From an uncultured Christensenella sp. (lineage in GTDB: Bacteria > Bacillota > Clostridia > Christensenellales > CAG-138): a stretch of 63,641 nucleotides of DNA. Shown in pieces: positions 33,554 through 42,086 of the stretch; the stretch's first letter is position 1; each line of letters opens with the position of its first letter. The notes beneath the pieces are model-generated. The model had not been told where the DNA came from, did not search any database, and saw only the letters and a list, made by a program, of their open reading frames with translations. Position numbers and translations under genes: made by a program. The stretch spans positions 1 to 63,641 of the forward strand of contig CAYRQM010000006.1 of the NCBI GenBank assembly GCA_964426415.1. The letters are read 5' to 3'.

Positions 33554-36049
33554 ATGTTTCGTAAAAAACCAATCTATTGGATTCTGCTTGTGTTCTTTGT
33601 CCTGCTGCTCGCGGCGGAGACAACCCTGTTCTGCATCGACAAATCCCGCACGACTGCCGCCGCGTCCAACCAAAATGGCGCATTCTCCGGCACCCTGCCC
33701 GAAGACTTCAGCGGCACCATGCCCGAAGACTTTGCCGGCACCATGCCCGAAGATTTCAGCGGGACGCTGCCCGAAGGCTTTGACGGCACCATGCCGTCGG
33801 GCGGGTTTGGCAAGCGGGACACGACGACGGAGACGACCGCAAACGACGTATTCTGGACGGTTGTCGAGAAGGCGTTTTGGCCTGTGCTGATTGGCTGCGT
33901 CGTGTGCATCGGACTGTGCATCATGGCGCTGATTTTGGTGACGCGGGCGCAAAAGCGGAACGCGCCGCAAGAACCCGAAGCGGAGGAACCGTCCTCCGAC
34001 AAGCCCAAGCGCAAGACCCATAAGGCGCTTTGGATCAGCGTGCTGGCGTTGGTGCTGGCGGTGGCAATCGCCATCGCCGTGCTGCCCGAATTCGTCCAAA
34101 CGCAGCAGGCGGAAGGCACCATCGAGGCGGTGGAATCCATTTTGGACGGCACGGCGCAGGAAGAAGACCTTTCCGCACTGTTCTACGGCAGCGGCACGTT
34201 GGCGGCAAGCGACGCCGACACGGTGACAATCCCGTCGGGCGTGACGGTCAAGGCTTTCACGGTGCAAAACGGCGACGTGGTGGCGGTGGGCGATGTGGTC
34301 GCCACGGTCGACGCCACTTCGGTCTTGCAGACCATCGCATCGGCACAGGCGATGCTCGACACGTTGGACGCCGCATTGGAAGAAGCGGCGGGCGACACCA
34401 TTCCCACAACGGTCACCGCGCATACTGCGGGCCGCGTCAAGGCAATCTACGCCGAGGCGGGGCAGTCCGTGACGGACGTCATGTATCAAAACGGCGCGCT
34501 GCTTTTACTCTCGTTGGACGGCATGATGGCGGTGGATGTGGAAACGGACGCCGCGTGCAGCGTGGGCGACGCGGTGGCGGTCATCCTGTCAAACGGCACG
34601 GTCGAAACGGGCAAGATTGTCAAGATCCGCGACGGCGTCGTGACGGCGACGCTCACCGATGCGGGCACGGCGTACGGCGACACGGTCTCGGTGGCCGCCG
34701 AGGACGGCACAACGCTTGGCAGCGGGACGCTGTACATCCACAGCGAACTCAAGATTACGGGCTATTCGGGCACGATTTCCAAGGTCTCCGTGCAGGAAGA
34801 CGCCATGGTCAAGGTGGGCGCCACGCTCTTTACGCTAACCGACACGGCGTATCTTGCCGAGTACCAAAGCCTGCTGAAAACCCGCGCCACGCTGACGGAG
34901 CAGATGACGCTGCTCTCCACACTGCGCCAAACGGGCTATGTGACCGCGACGGCTGCGGGCATCGTATCGGGCATTGACGAAACGGCAGCCTACGCGCCGC
35001 TTGCCGACACAGAAGCGGCTGCGTATGCGGCGACGGAGGGCAACGGCACGACCATTTTGGGCAGCATGCCGTCAAGCGGCGTATCGCTGCTGCAGATTTT
35101 GCGGGAGGACGAAACGCCCACGCCCACTGCGGAGCCCGGTGAGACGGAGGAACCTTCCACGGGCGGCTCCTGCTATGCGGGCGTCGTCAAGTCCATCGCC
35201 TACGGCTCCATTACGCTGCAGGTGACGGCAAATGCGGTGGACGGCTTGGATCTTGCGACGCTTGCCGCCATGGATACAAGCACGTTCGTAATCGTCACAA
35301 AGATCACACCCGCGTTGGACGTTCCCGTGTATCGGTACAGCGAGGGCGTCAGCCAAACGGATTCCATCGACAACCTGACCGCAGGCGTCTATGTGCTGGT
35401 CACCTTCAGCGGCGCCACGGTCACGCGCATCGACTACGTTGCTGCGCAGTCCACCCAACCGGGCGGCGGATCGGGCGGCGGAAGTTTCGGCGGCGGCAGC
35501 TTTGGCGGCGCGTCTGCGCAGGAACCCACCGTCACCATCGAAGCGTTGGCGGAGGTGACGGTCTGTTCGGTCACGCCCAACGACGCCATGACAATCAGCA
35601 TGAGCGTGGACGAACTGGATGTGCTTTCGCTGGCGGTGGGGCAGCAGGCAAGCGTGACGCTGGACGCCATCAGCGGGCAGCGCTTTTCGGGCGAAGTCAC
35701 GTCGCTGGATCCCATCGGCGTCAACGCGGGCGGCGGCACCAAGTACACCGTGGTGCTGACCATCGTCCGCACCGAACAGATGCTGACGGGCATGAACGCA
35801 TCGGTGCAGATTGAGGTCAGCACACAAAGGGATGCGCTGGTCATCCCCGCAGCCGCCGTTTATGAGGACGGCAGCGCCATCTATGTGTACACGGGCTATG
35901 ACGAAAAAACCGATACCCTCACCGATCCCGTTTCCGTGACGGTGGGCGCGTCGGACGGCGTCAACGTGCAAATCACCGCCGGACTGTCCGCAGGCGATGC
36001 GTTCTATTATCGCTACGCAGACGCGCTGACGTACACCTACGGCTCCTAA
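33554..36049 (+). CDS. Second HlyD/MacA-like adaptor protein with an extended multi-TM N-terminus containing octapeptide repeats
   Basis: Three hydrophobic segments; (PEDFSGT[ML]) repeats; core paralogous to 30045-31673 (AGRVKAIY, YQNGALLLLSLDG, ITGYSGTI, SVDELDV). Confidence 0.8.
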   Translation: MFRKKPIYWILLVFFVLLLAAETTLFCIDKSRTTAAASNQNGAFSGTLPEDFSGTMPEDFAGTMPEDFSGTLPEGFDGTMPSGGFGKRDTTTETTANDVFWTVVEKAFWPVLIGCVVCIGLCIMALILVTRAQKRNAPQEPEAEEPSSDKPKRKTHKALWISVLALVLAVAIAIAVLPEFVQTQQAEGTIEAVESILDGTAQEEDLSALFYGSGTLAASDADTVTIPSGVTVKAFTVQNGDVVAVGDVVATVDATSVLQTIASAQAMLDTLDAALEEAAGDTIPTTVTAHTAGRVKAIYAEAGQSVTDVMYQNGALLLLSLDGMMAVDVETDAACSVGDAVAVILSNGTVETGKIVKIRDGVVTATLTDAGTAYGDTVSVAAEDGTTLGSGTLYIHSELKITGYSGTISKVSVQEDAMVKVGATLFTLTDTAYLAEYQSLLKTRATLTEQMTLLSTLRQTGYVTATAAGIVSGIDETAAYAPLADTEAAAYAATEGNGTTILGSMPSSGVSLLQILREDETPTPTAEPGETEEPSTGGSCYAGVVKSIAYGSITLQVTANAVDGLDLATLAAMDTSTFVIVTKITPALDVPVYRYSEGVSQTDSIDNLTAGVYVLVTFSGATVTRIDYVAAQSTQPGGGSGGGSFGGGSFGGASAQEPTVTIEALAEVTVCSVTPNDAMTISMSVDELDVLSLAVGQQASVTLDAISGQRFSGEVTSLDPIGVNAGGGTKYTVVLTIVRTEQMLTGMNASVQIEVSTQRDALVIPAAAVYEDGSAIYVYTGYDEKTDTLTDPVSVTVGASDGVNVQITAGLSAGDAFYYRYADALTYTYGS
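33683..33796 (+). repeat. 24-bp coding tandem repeat (~4.7 copies)
   Basis: ttctccggcaccctgcccgaagac / ttcagcggcaccatgcccgaagac / tttgccggcaccatgcccgaagat / ttcagcgggacgctgcccgaaggc. Confidence 0.85.
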
Positions 36050-36051
36050 CA

Positions 36052-36196
36052 CTCGTCGGCGCGGACTTCGCGTAACTTACGGCACTTTCTGCGGAAAGCA
36101 CCGTTCGCTGCTCCGTCGCGCCTCCTCTCCGCAAAAGGTCACGCTCGCTTCGGCTGCGCCTTTCGCTTCGCTACCAACCTTTTGCGGGAACACCCG
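36052..36196. repeat. Structured leader module (module A) of the repeat family
   Basis: ctcgtcggcgcggact..gctccgtcgcgcc..ctctccgcaaaaggtcacgctcgctt..gctaccaaccttttgcgggaacaccc; a second copy lies at 60985-61150. Confidence 0.85.
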
Positions 36197-36246
36197 CGTA
36201 CACGGTTTGCGGGGAAGAGACGTCGCGGCGCTACCAACCTTTTGCG

Positions 36247-36427
36247 GGAAGACCCGCGTACGCGACTTTCGGGAAAGGCGCGACAATATTGCCCCTGTCA
36301 TCCTGAGCTTCTGCGAAGGATCTCGCGTTTAGGCGGGAGATTCTTCCTTGCTTCGCTGCGTCAGAATGACAACAGGGGACGGGAAACACGCGGATTGATT
36401 GATATTTTCATCGGAAGACCCGAGTAC
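36247..36427 (+). repeat. ~171-bp palindromic repeat unit (module B), preceded by a 60-bp local duplication (36170-36265)
   Basis: cctgtcatcctgagcttctgcgaaggatctcgcg..gcgggagattcttccttgcttcgctgcgtcagaatgac, near-identical to the array units at 61.1-61.8 kb. Confidence 0.9.
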
Positions 36428-36861
36428 AAGTTAATTGGAAATACAGGGAGTTCTTCACGATACTCTGGGAAGGTACGGGTCGGCTTCGCAGGGCGCAGCG
36501 CGACCGAGAAGCCCATTCTGCTGTCGTTGCAAGCCGCGGCGCAGCAACCGAACGGGAGACAAGCGCGGTTGCGCGCCGTCGGCGTTCGGTTTCGCAGGCA
36601 CACGGCAGTGGCGAAACGCGTGCGTTGCGCCCGTGTGCCGAGAAACCATACCGCTGTCGAATGGAGCCGCGGCGAACATTCTCCTGCGTGAGCATGAGGA
36701 GCAAAGCGACGAACGACGCCTTGCGGCGTCGGAACAGCGCGGTTTTCCCCGCGCACGGGGAAATACCGTCGCTCACAATAAGCGAAGCGCCTCGGCGTGC
36801 GCCAAGCGCGCCGAACTAATCGGCGGCGAAAGCCGCCATCATAGTTTACAACTTGTACACG
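36421..36861. other. Hairpin-rich non-coding segment bounded by short inverted repeats (candidate MITE or structured ncRNA)
   Basis: Ends cgaGTACAAGTT / AACTTGTACacg; at least seven GC-rich stems; no credible protein in any frame. Confidence 0.5.
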
Positions 36862-36882
36862 CAACCAACACCACGCCGCACG

Positions 36883-37003
36883 GTCATTCTGACGCAGCGA
36901 AGCGCCGAAGAATCTGTTTTGTTCGTTCAAGATCCAAAGGCTTTGCCTCAGGATGACACGGGGGCGTTTTTCTCATACCCTCCCCGAAAACTATGTACAT
37001 GGG
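36883..37003 (-). repeat. Diverged module B unit in inverted orientation
   Basis: gtcattctgacgcagcgaagcgccgaagaatct..agatccaaaggctttgcctcaggatgaca..ccccgaaaactatgtacatgggt. Confidence 0.8.
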
Positions 37004-37052
37004 TCAGACTGTCAAAAAAGCCCAGAAATACTGGACTTTTTTGACAGTCTGA
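37004..37052. repeat. Perfect 17-bp inverted repeat resembling fused IS1182-family ends (49-bp mini-element)
   Basis: TCAGACTGTCAAAAAAG-cccagaaatactgga-CTTTTTTGACAGTCTGA; the IS1182 resemblance is from recollection of such ends and is unverified. Confidence 0.6.
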
Positions 37053-37075
37053 GACCGCAAAACGCGGTCTCTTTT
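37051..37075. terminator. Terminator-like hairpin
   Basis: gagaccgc-aaaac-gcggtctc followed by tttt. Confidence 0.6.
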
Positions 37076-37111
37076 ATGATAGCGTGCAGGGTTAGGAGGT
37101 CCCTGCAAGGG

Positions 37112-37789
37112 TTATCCGAATAGTCCATTCGGCAGGATGCGGTTGACGACGTCCAGCACCGAGGGTACCAACAGGATGAACGATGCGACCGCAAGCGCGA
37201 CGGCGTGTCCAAAGGCGGAGCAGGTATCGGTCAGCACGGGGCTTGTCCACTTGCACTTTCGCATGATCCAAGCGGCGATGGTGTACAGCGCACGCCCCAA
37301 CAGCCCGCCCAACAGGTTGCAGAACACATCATCCACGTCGGCGATGCGTCCGATCAGTCCCTGCACGCATTCGATGCTGCAGGTGAGCGCCAAGCAAAGC
37401 AAAACGGTCAGCCAAGCGCGCTTGCGCAGCGAGGGGAACACGCAGGGCAGCAGCGCGCCCAGCGGCACGAACAGAAACACGTTCCACATGACTTGGCTGC
37501 TCCAAGCGCCGCCGTCCTGCGTGTACGCATAGTACCATTCAGAGCCGAGCTGCAGGTTGATCCGCTGATTGAGCGGCACGACCTCATCGCCCAAGGCGGG
37601 CAGCGTCCAAAAGAAAACCGCCCAAATCAGCATCAGAAAGTAGCCAAGCAGCAGGTAGTTTGCCACATGCCGCACAAAGGGATAGGGGGCGCGCTTACGC
37701 GAAAACCACAGCGCAAACGGCAGATACAGCGCCGCCGCCAACAGGCCCATCAGCGGAATGATCATTGCCGCGTTCCAGAAATATCGCAT
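37112..37789 (-). CDS. VanZ family membrane protein
   Basis: NVFLFVPLG, SIECVQ..GRIADVDDVFCNLLGG and multiple TM helices. Confidence 0.88.
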   Translation of the reverse strand: MRYFWNAAMIIPLMGLLAAALYLPFALWFSRKRAPYPFVRHVANYLLLGYFLMLIWAVFFWTLPALGDEVVPLNQRINLQLGSEWYYAYTQDGGAWSSQVMWNVFLFVPLGALLPCVFPSLRKRAWLTVLLCLALTCSIECVQGLIGRIADVDDVFCNLLGGLLGRALYTIAAWIMRKCKWTSPVLTDTCSAFGHAVALAVASFILLVPSVLDVVNRILPNGLFG

Positions 37790-37880
37790 CGGTTGCCCTT
37801 TTCCTCATTTATTACCTATATTTTAACAAGGGGATGTGTTATAAATGTATCCAAATAGCAAAAGAACCGAGAAGCCCCCC

Positions 37881-37910
37881 TTGCACCAAGCGAAAAAGTG
37901 TGCCATAATA
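37881..37910 (+). promoter_or_regulatory. sigmaA-type promoter for cysK-cysE
   Basis: TTGCAC-18 bp-CATAAT, then SD aaggag. Confidence 0.45.
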
Positions 37911-37932
37911 TAGCCTCAAAAGGAGCGATACC

Positions 37933-38868
37933 ATGAACATTGTAGATTCCATTGCAGATTTGGTTGGAAGGACGCCGTTGATTGAGCTGCACGGGCTGGA
38001 GAATGCCTATGCGCTGAACGGACGATTGCTGGGCAAAGCGGAACGGTTCAATCCGTCGGGCAGCGCCAAGGATCGCATTGCACTGGCGATGCTTACAGAC
38101 GCTGCGCAGCGCGGACTTTTACGCACGGGCACCTGCATCGTCGAGCCGACCAGCGGCAACACGGGCGTAGGGCTTGCGGCGCTTGGCGCACGCATGGGGT
38201 ATCAGGTCGTGCTGACCATGCCCGACACCATGAGCCGCGAACGCATCGCGCTCTTAAAGGCGTACGGCGCAAAGGTCGTGCTGACGCCGGGCGCGCTCGG
38301 AATGAAGGGCGCCATTGCCGAGGCGGAACGCATTGCCGCCGAAACGGATGCGTTCATCCCGTCGCAGTTTGAAAACCCCGAAAATCCCGCCGTACACGAG
38401 CGTACCACGGGGGAAGAAATTTGGTCGGACACGGACGGCAAGGTGGACATCTTTGTCGCGGGCGTCGGGACGGGCGGCACGCTGTCGGGCGTGGCGCACG
38501 CGCTCAAAAAGCACAATCCCGCGGTGCGCATCGTCGCGGTGGAGCCTGCCGGTTCGCCGCTGCTTTCCGAGGGGCGCACGGGCGCGCACAACCTGCAGGG
38601 CATCGGTGCAAACTTCATTCCCGCGACGCTGGATCGCAGCATCATCGACGAGATCATCACGGTGCGCGAAGCGGACGCATATGCCATCGGCCGTGCGCTG
38701 GCGGCGTGCGACGGGCTGCTTTGCGGCATCACATCGGGCGCGGCGGCGTATGCGGCGCTCACCCTTTTGCGGCGCGCCGAAAACGCGGGCAAGACGGTGG
38801 TGGCATTTTTGCCCGACACGGGCGAACGATATCTTTCGACCAAGCTGTTTGAGGGGGAAGACGCATAA
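37933..38868 (+). CDS. cysK: Cysteine synthase A (O-acetylserine sulfhydrylase)
   Basis: NPSGSAKDRIA (PLP lysine), EPTSGNTG, GVGTGGT, QGIGA and PDTGERYLST. Confidence 0.95.
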   Translation: MNIVDSIADLVGRTPLIELHGLENAYALNGRLLGKAERFNPSGSAKDRIALAMLTDAAQRGLLRTGTCIVEPTSGNTGVGLAALGARMGYQVVLTMPDTMSRERIALLKAYGAKVVLTPGALGMKGAIAEAERIAAETDAFIPSQFENPENPAVHERTTGEEIWSDTDGKVDIFVAGVGTGGTLSGVAHALKKHNPAVRIVAVEPAGSPLLSEGRTGAHNLQGIGANFIPATLDRSIIDEIITVREADAYAIGRALAACDGLLCGITSGAAAYAALTLLRRAENAGKTVVAFLPDTGERYLSTKLFEGEDA

Positions 38869-39725
38869 TGGACTGGCTGAATCAGACGGCGGGGGAGACG
38901 GCAAGCCGCCTTGCCAAAATCAACGAAAGCAACGTGCTGGATTTTTCCGTCAGCGGGTTCGGCATCCGCACCAAGGCGGAACGGTTCATTTGCTTGGTGC
39001 GCACGGCGCTGTTTCCCAACATCTATTCCGAACGTCCCGTGCCCGCGTCGCGGGTGCAGACGTTCATCAGTCTCAACATCGAAACGGCAGGGATGCTGTT
39101 TGCGGAAATCTGCAACGAAATCATCGACGAGACCACCCAAAGCAAGCTGAAGAGGGAGGACATCGAGCGCGTTTCCAAGTCCTTCTTTGAAAGCCTGCCC
39201 GACATTGCCACCACGCTGCGCACCGACATCAAGGCGGCGTACCAAGGCGATCCTGCCGCCAAAAGCATTGCGGAGATTTTACTGGCGTACCCGTCCTTCG
39301 AGGCAATCTCCATCTTCCGCTTGGCGCATCGCCTGTTCGAGCTGGATGTGCCCATGCTGCCTCGCATCATGACGGAATACGCGCACCAGCTGACGGGCAT
39401 CGACATCCATCCGGGCGCCACCATCGGCGACTACTTCTTCATCGACCACGGCACGGGCGTGGTCATCGGCGAGACCACCGTCATCGGCTCCCACGTCAAG
39501 CTGTACCAAGGCGTGACGCTGGGCGCAAAATCCTTCAGCTCGGATGCGGACGGCAATCCCGTCAAGGGCATTCACCGCCATCCGCGCATCGGCAACAACG
39601 TGGTCATCTATTCGGGCGCCACCATCTTGGGCGGCGATACCATCATCGGCGACGACAGCGTCGTAGGCGGCAACGTGTGGCTCACCCACAGCGTCGCACC
39701 CAACAGCATCGTCTACCGCGAATAA
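38868..39725 (+). CDS. cysE: Serine O-acetyltransferase (long EpsC-type N-terminus)
   Basis: GDPAA, TGIDIHPGATIG, FFIDHGTGVVIGET, LYQGVTLG and RHP; coupled to cysK (TAATG). Confidence 0.92.
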   Translation: MDWLNQTAGETASRLAKINESNVLDFSVSGFGIRTKAERFICLVRTALFPNIYSERPVPASRVQTFISLNIETAGMLFAEICNEIIDETTQSKLKREDIERVSKSFFESLPDIATTLRTDIKAAYQGDPAAKSIAEILLAYPSFEAISIFRLAHRLFELDVPMLPRIMTEYAHQLTGIDIHPGATIGDYFFIDHGTGVVIGETTVIGSHVKLYQGVTLGAKSFSSDADGNPVKGIHRHPRIGNNVVIYSGATILGGDTIIGDDSVVGGNVWLTHSVAPNSIVYRE

Positions 39726-40169
39726 TTAGAACAGCAGCGAAAGCAGCCCCACGACGACCGAAGCCGCAATGCCGTACACCAGCACGGGGCCCGCAATCGA
39801 AAACATCTTGGCGCCCACGCCCAGCACCCAGCCTTCCGAACGATACTCCATGGCGGGTGCGGCAATCGAATTGGCAAAGCCCGTAATTGGCACGACGGTG
39901 CCCGCGCCCGCAAAGGCGGCGATGCGGTCGAAGACGCCGATGCAGGTTAAGAGCGCAGTCAAAAAGACCAACACGATGGCGGTCACGGTGGAGGCGTCCT
40001 CTGTAGAGAGGGCAAACAGCGCGACGGCGCCGTCATGAATGCCCTGCCCGATCACGCAAATCAGTCCGCCCACCGCAAACGCCTTGAGACATTGCAGCAA
40101 AACGGGGCTTTTGGGCGCATGGGCGTCCACCTCCGCTTGATAGGCAAGCGGGTCAAATTTCGTACTCAT
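39726..40169 (-). CDS. spoVAC: Stage V sporulation protein AC
   Basis: AFAVGGLICVIGQ, FAGAGTVVPITGFANS, EGWVLGVGAKMFSIAGPVLVYG. Confidence 0.94.
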   Translation of the reverse strand: MSTKFDPLAYQAEVDAHAPKSPVLLQCLKAFAVGGLICVIGQGIHDGAVALFALSTEDASTVTAIVLVFLTALLTCIGVFDRIAAFAGAGTVVPITGFANSIAAPAMEYRSEGWVLGVGAKMFSIAGPVLVYGIAASVVVGLLSLLF

Positions 40170-40282
40170 GGGCGTTCCTCGGTGGGGGTGGCAGTCACAC
40201 GATAGATTTCACGATCCGACGGCAATCCTTCGCCCGCCGTTCCGTGGGGCGTCATCGGATAGATTTTGGTTCGTCTTGGCAT
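40166..40282 (-). CDS. Putative 38-aa small protein (MPRRTKIYPMTPHGTAGEGLPSDREIYRVTATPTEERP)
   Basis: SD agaggag; its stop overlaps the spoVAC start (ATGA); below the ORF-track size cutoff. Confidence 0.45.
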   Translation of the reverse strand: MPRRTKIYPMTPHGTAGEGLPSDREIYRVTATPTEERP

Positions 40283-40413
40283 AGGGCTCCTCTCATGACA
40301 AATGGTGCGGAGTTCACACGCGGCGTCGTGCCAAAGAGCAGGGGCAGCAAGAGCAGCAATCCCAGCGCCAGAAGGACGAGCCCAAACAGTACAAATCGCA
40401 CCGTTTCCCGCAT
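40252..40413 (-). CDS. Putative 53-aa single-TM small protein (MRETVRFVLFGLVLLALGLLLLLPLLFG...)
   Basis: SD GGAGGT 4 nt before ATG; ~20-residue hydrophobic stretch; first ORF after a sigmaG-like promoter. Confidence 0.6.
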   Translation of the reverse strand: MRETVRFVLFGLVLLALGLLLLLPLLFGTTPRVNSAPFVMRGALCQDEPKSIR

Positions 40414-40441
40414 AGTGACCTCCGTTGCGTTTCTTTGCGGT

Positions 40442-40471
40442 TATTGTGCGAGAAAAATCTTCAAAAAATAC
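40442..40471 (-). promoter_or_regulatory. Forespore sigmaG/sigmaF-like promoter for the small ORFs and spoVAC
   Basis: - strand GTATT-18 bp-CACAATA. Confidence 0.6.
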
Positions 40472-40492
40472 ACATTTTTCAAGAAATAAAGC

Positions 40493-40521
40493 TTGACATG
40501 GGCGTCCGATTTTGTTAGTAT
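40493..40521 (+). promoter_or_regulatory. sigmaA promoter of rplM-rpsI
   Basis: TTGACA-17 bp-TAGTAT. Confidence 0.75.
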
Positions 40522-40527
40522 ATTCGG

Positions 40528-40585
40528 TGTGCCATTGGGTGAGACTGTGTCACAGCCCCGACGTCAGGATTTCCAATGCAGCAAT
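40528..40585 (+). promoter_or_regulatory. Candidate L13 ribosomal-protein leader RNA
   Basis: ~90-nt 5' UTR of rplM with cattgg..ccaatg outer stem and a gccccg block; position fits the Firmicutes L13 leader. Confidence 0.45.
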
Positions 40586-40615
40586 TTTTACAATAATGTT
40601 TATGGAGGAGTCGCC

Positions 40616-41047
40616 ATGAAATCCTATATGGCAAAGGGCGAAACCGTCGAGCGCAGCTGGTATGTCGTCGACGCGACCGATCTGGTATTGGGTCGTCTGT
40701 CTTCGCAGGTAGCAGCTATTCTCAGAGGGAAACACAAGCCCACGTTCACACCGCACGTCGACTGCGGCGATCATGTGATCATCGTCAATGCGGACAAGGT
40801 TCGCTTGACGGGCAAAAAGCTCGACAAGAAAACTTACATTCATCACACCGGTTATCCGGGTGGTCTGCGTGAAGTCAACTACCGCACCCTATTGGCGCAA
40901 AAGCCTGAGTTCGCGGTTTACGAATCCATCCGTCGCATGATGCCGAAGGGCCCGCTGGGCGCACAAATGCTCACCAAGCTCCGCATCTATGCAGGGCCGG
41001 ATCACAAGCATGAGGCGCAGCAGCCCCAATCGCTCGAACTCAAATAA
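40616..41047 (+). CDS. rplM: 50S ribosomal protein L13
   Basis: [36 protein letters not shown] and HEAQQP; SD ggagg. Confidence 0.97.
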   Translation: MKSYMAKGETVERSWYVVDATDLVLGRLSSQVAAILRGKHKPTFTPHVDCGDHVIIVNADKVRLTGKKLDKKTYIHHTGYPGGLREVNYRTLLAQKPEFAVYESIRRMMPKGPLGAQMLTKLRIYAGPDHKHEAQQPQSLELK

Positions 41048-41061
41048 GAAGGAGAATGACT

Positions 41062-41454
41062 ATGGCAAAGACAGCTTTTATCGGCACCGGCAGACGGAAA
41101 AAGTCCGTAGCGCGCGTTCGCCTTCTTCCCGGCACCGGCGCAATCACGATCAACAAACGTGACATCGATTCTTACTTCGGTCTTGAGACCCTGAAGATGA
41201 TCGTCCGTTCCCCCTTGGTTCTGACCAACCTGCTCGGCAAGTATGACGTGAGCGTAAACGTCTACGGCGGCGGCACAACCGGTCAGGCGGGCGCAATCCG
41301 CCACGGCGTATCCCGTGCGTTGCTTACGGTTGATCCCGAGCTTCGCGGCACGCTCAAGAAGGCAGGGTTCCTCACCCGTGACCCGCGCATGAAGGAAAGA
41401 AAGAAATACGGTCTGCACGCAGCACGTCGCGCACCGCAGTTCAGCAAGAGATAA
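41062..41454 (+). CDS. rpsI: 30S ribosomal protein S9
   Basis: [40 protein letters not shown] and PQFSKR. Confidence 0.98.
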   Translation: MAKTAFIGTGRRKKSVARVRLLPGTGAITINKRDIDSYFGLETLKMIVRSPLVLTNLLGKYDVSVNVYGGGTTGQAGAIRHGVSRALLTVDPELRGTLKKAGFLTRDPRMKERKKYGLHAARRAPQFSKR

Positions 41455-41466
41455 TTCGCACACCTT

Positions 41467-41492
41467 AAAGGGACGGAACGCCGTCCCTTTTT
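41467..41492 (+). terminator. Intrinsic terminator after rpsI
   Basis: aaagggacgg-aacg-ccgtcccttt followed by Ts. Confidence 0.8.
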
Positions 41493-41513
41493 CTGACAGA
41501 AAGGAGAACGCAA

Positions 41514-42086
41514 ATGGGGGCAAAGGGCGACGCATCCAGAGCGCGGATTCTCAAAGCGGCGCGCACGCTGTTTGCGACACGCGGCTTTTCCCGCGTGACC
41601 ATGGGAGACGTCTGCCAAGCCACGGGGCTGTCACGCGGCGGGCTGTATCGGCACTTTTGCTCCACGGACGCCATCTTTTCCGCCATTCTCAACGAGGAGC
41701 AGGCCCGTGCGGAGGCGGCGCTTGCCCATGCAAAGGCGAACGCCATCCCCACCACGCGCATCGTCTCCACGTTTTTGCGTTCGCGCATCCGCTACATGAT
41801 TGACCCTGCCGCCGCGTGCGACCTTGCCGTGTTCGAGTTCGCCGCCAACAGCGCAGAAGGCAAAGCGCAGCTTGCGGCGCGGGCGCAGCACGCGGTGGAA
41901 ACGCTCACCGCCCTCATCGAGGACGGCTGCGGAATGGGCGCGTATCGCGTGGACGACCCCAAAGCGGTGGCGCTGCACATCCTCTGCACGCTGGAGGGCG
42001 TCGGCAGGCACAACGCGCTGACGCCGCTTTCCGACGATAAGATCGAAGCCCAGCTTGCCCTGTTCGAAGCGATACTGCGCGGCTGA
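41514..42086 (+). CDS. TetR/AcrR family transcriptional regulator
   Basis: ILKAARTLFATRGF..VTMGDVCQATGLSRGGLYRHF HTH; SD aaggag. Confidence 0.92.
   Translation: MGAKGDASRARILKAARTLFATRGFSRVTMGDVCQATGLSRGGLYRHFCSTDAIFSAILNEEQARAEAALAHAKANAIPTTRIVSTFLRSRIRYMIDPAAACDLAVFEFAANSAEGKAQLAARAQHAVETLTALIEDGCGMGAYRVDDPKAVALHILCTLEGVGRHNALTPLSDDKIEAQLALFEAILRG

Noticed and set aside
36421..36861. RNase P RNA, tmRNA, SRP RNA or group II intron
   Set aside because: I could not find their hallmark motifs (GAGGAAAGTCC, tRNA-like ends, the SRP GGAA/AGCAG loop, domain V) on either strand
36077..36956. Several 60-190 aa ORFs in the structured intergenic region
   Set aside because: Arg/Ala-rich, mutually overlapping, no SD or recognisable motif; better explained as GC-rich palindromic DNA
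37112..37789. Glycopeptide resistance locus
   Set aside because: An isolated VanZ-family gene with no vanHAX or vanRS nearby; the family is widespread
37790..37932. T-box or S-box upstream of cysK
   Set aside because: The promoter candidate lies ~20 nt from the start codon, leaving no room, and no T-box or SAM motif is seen
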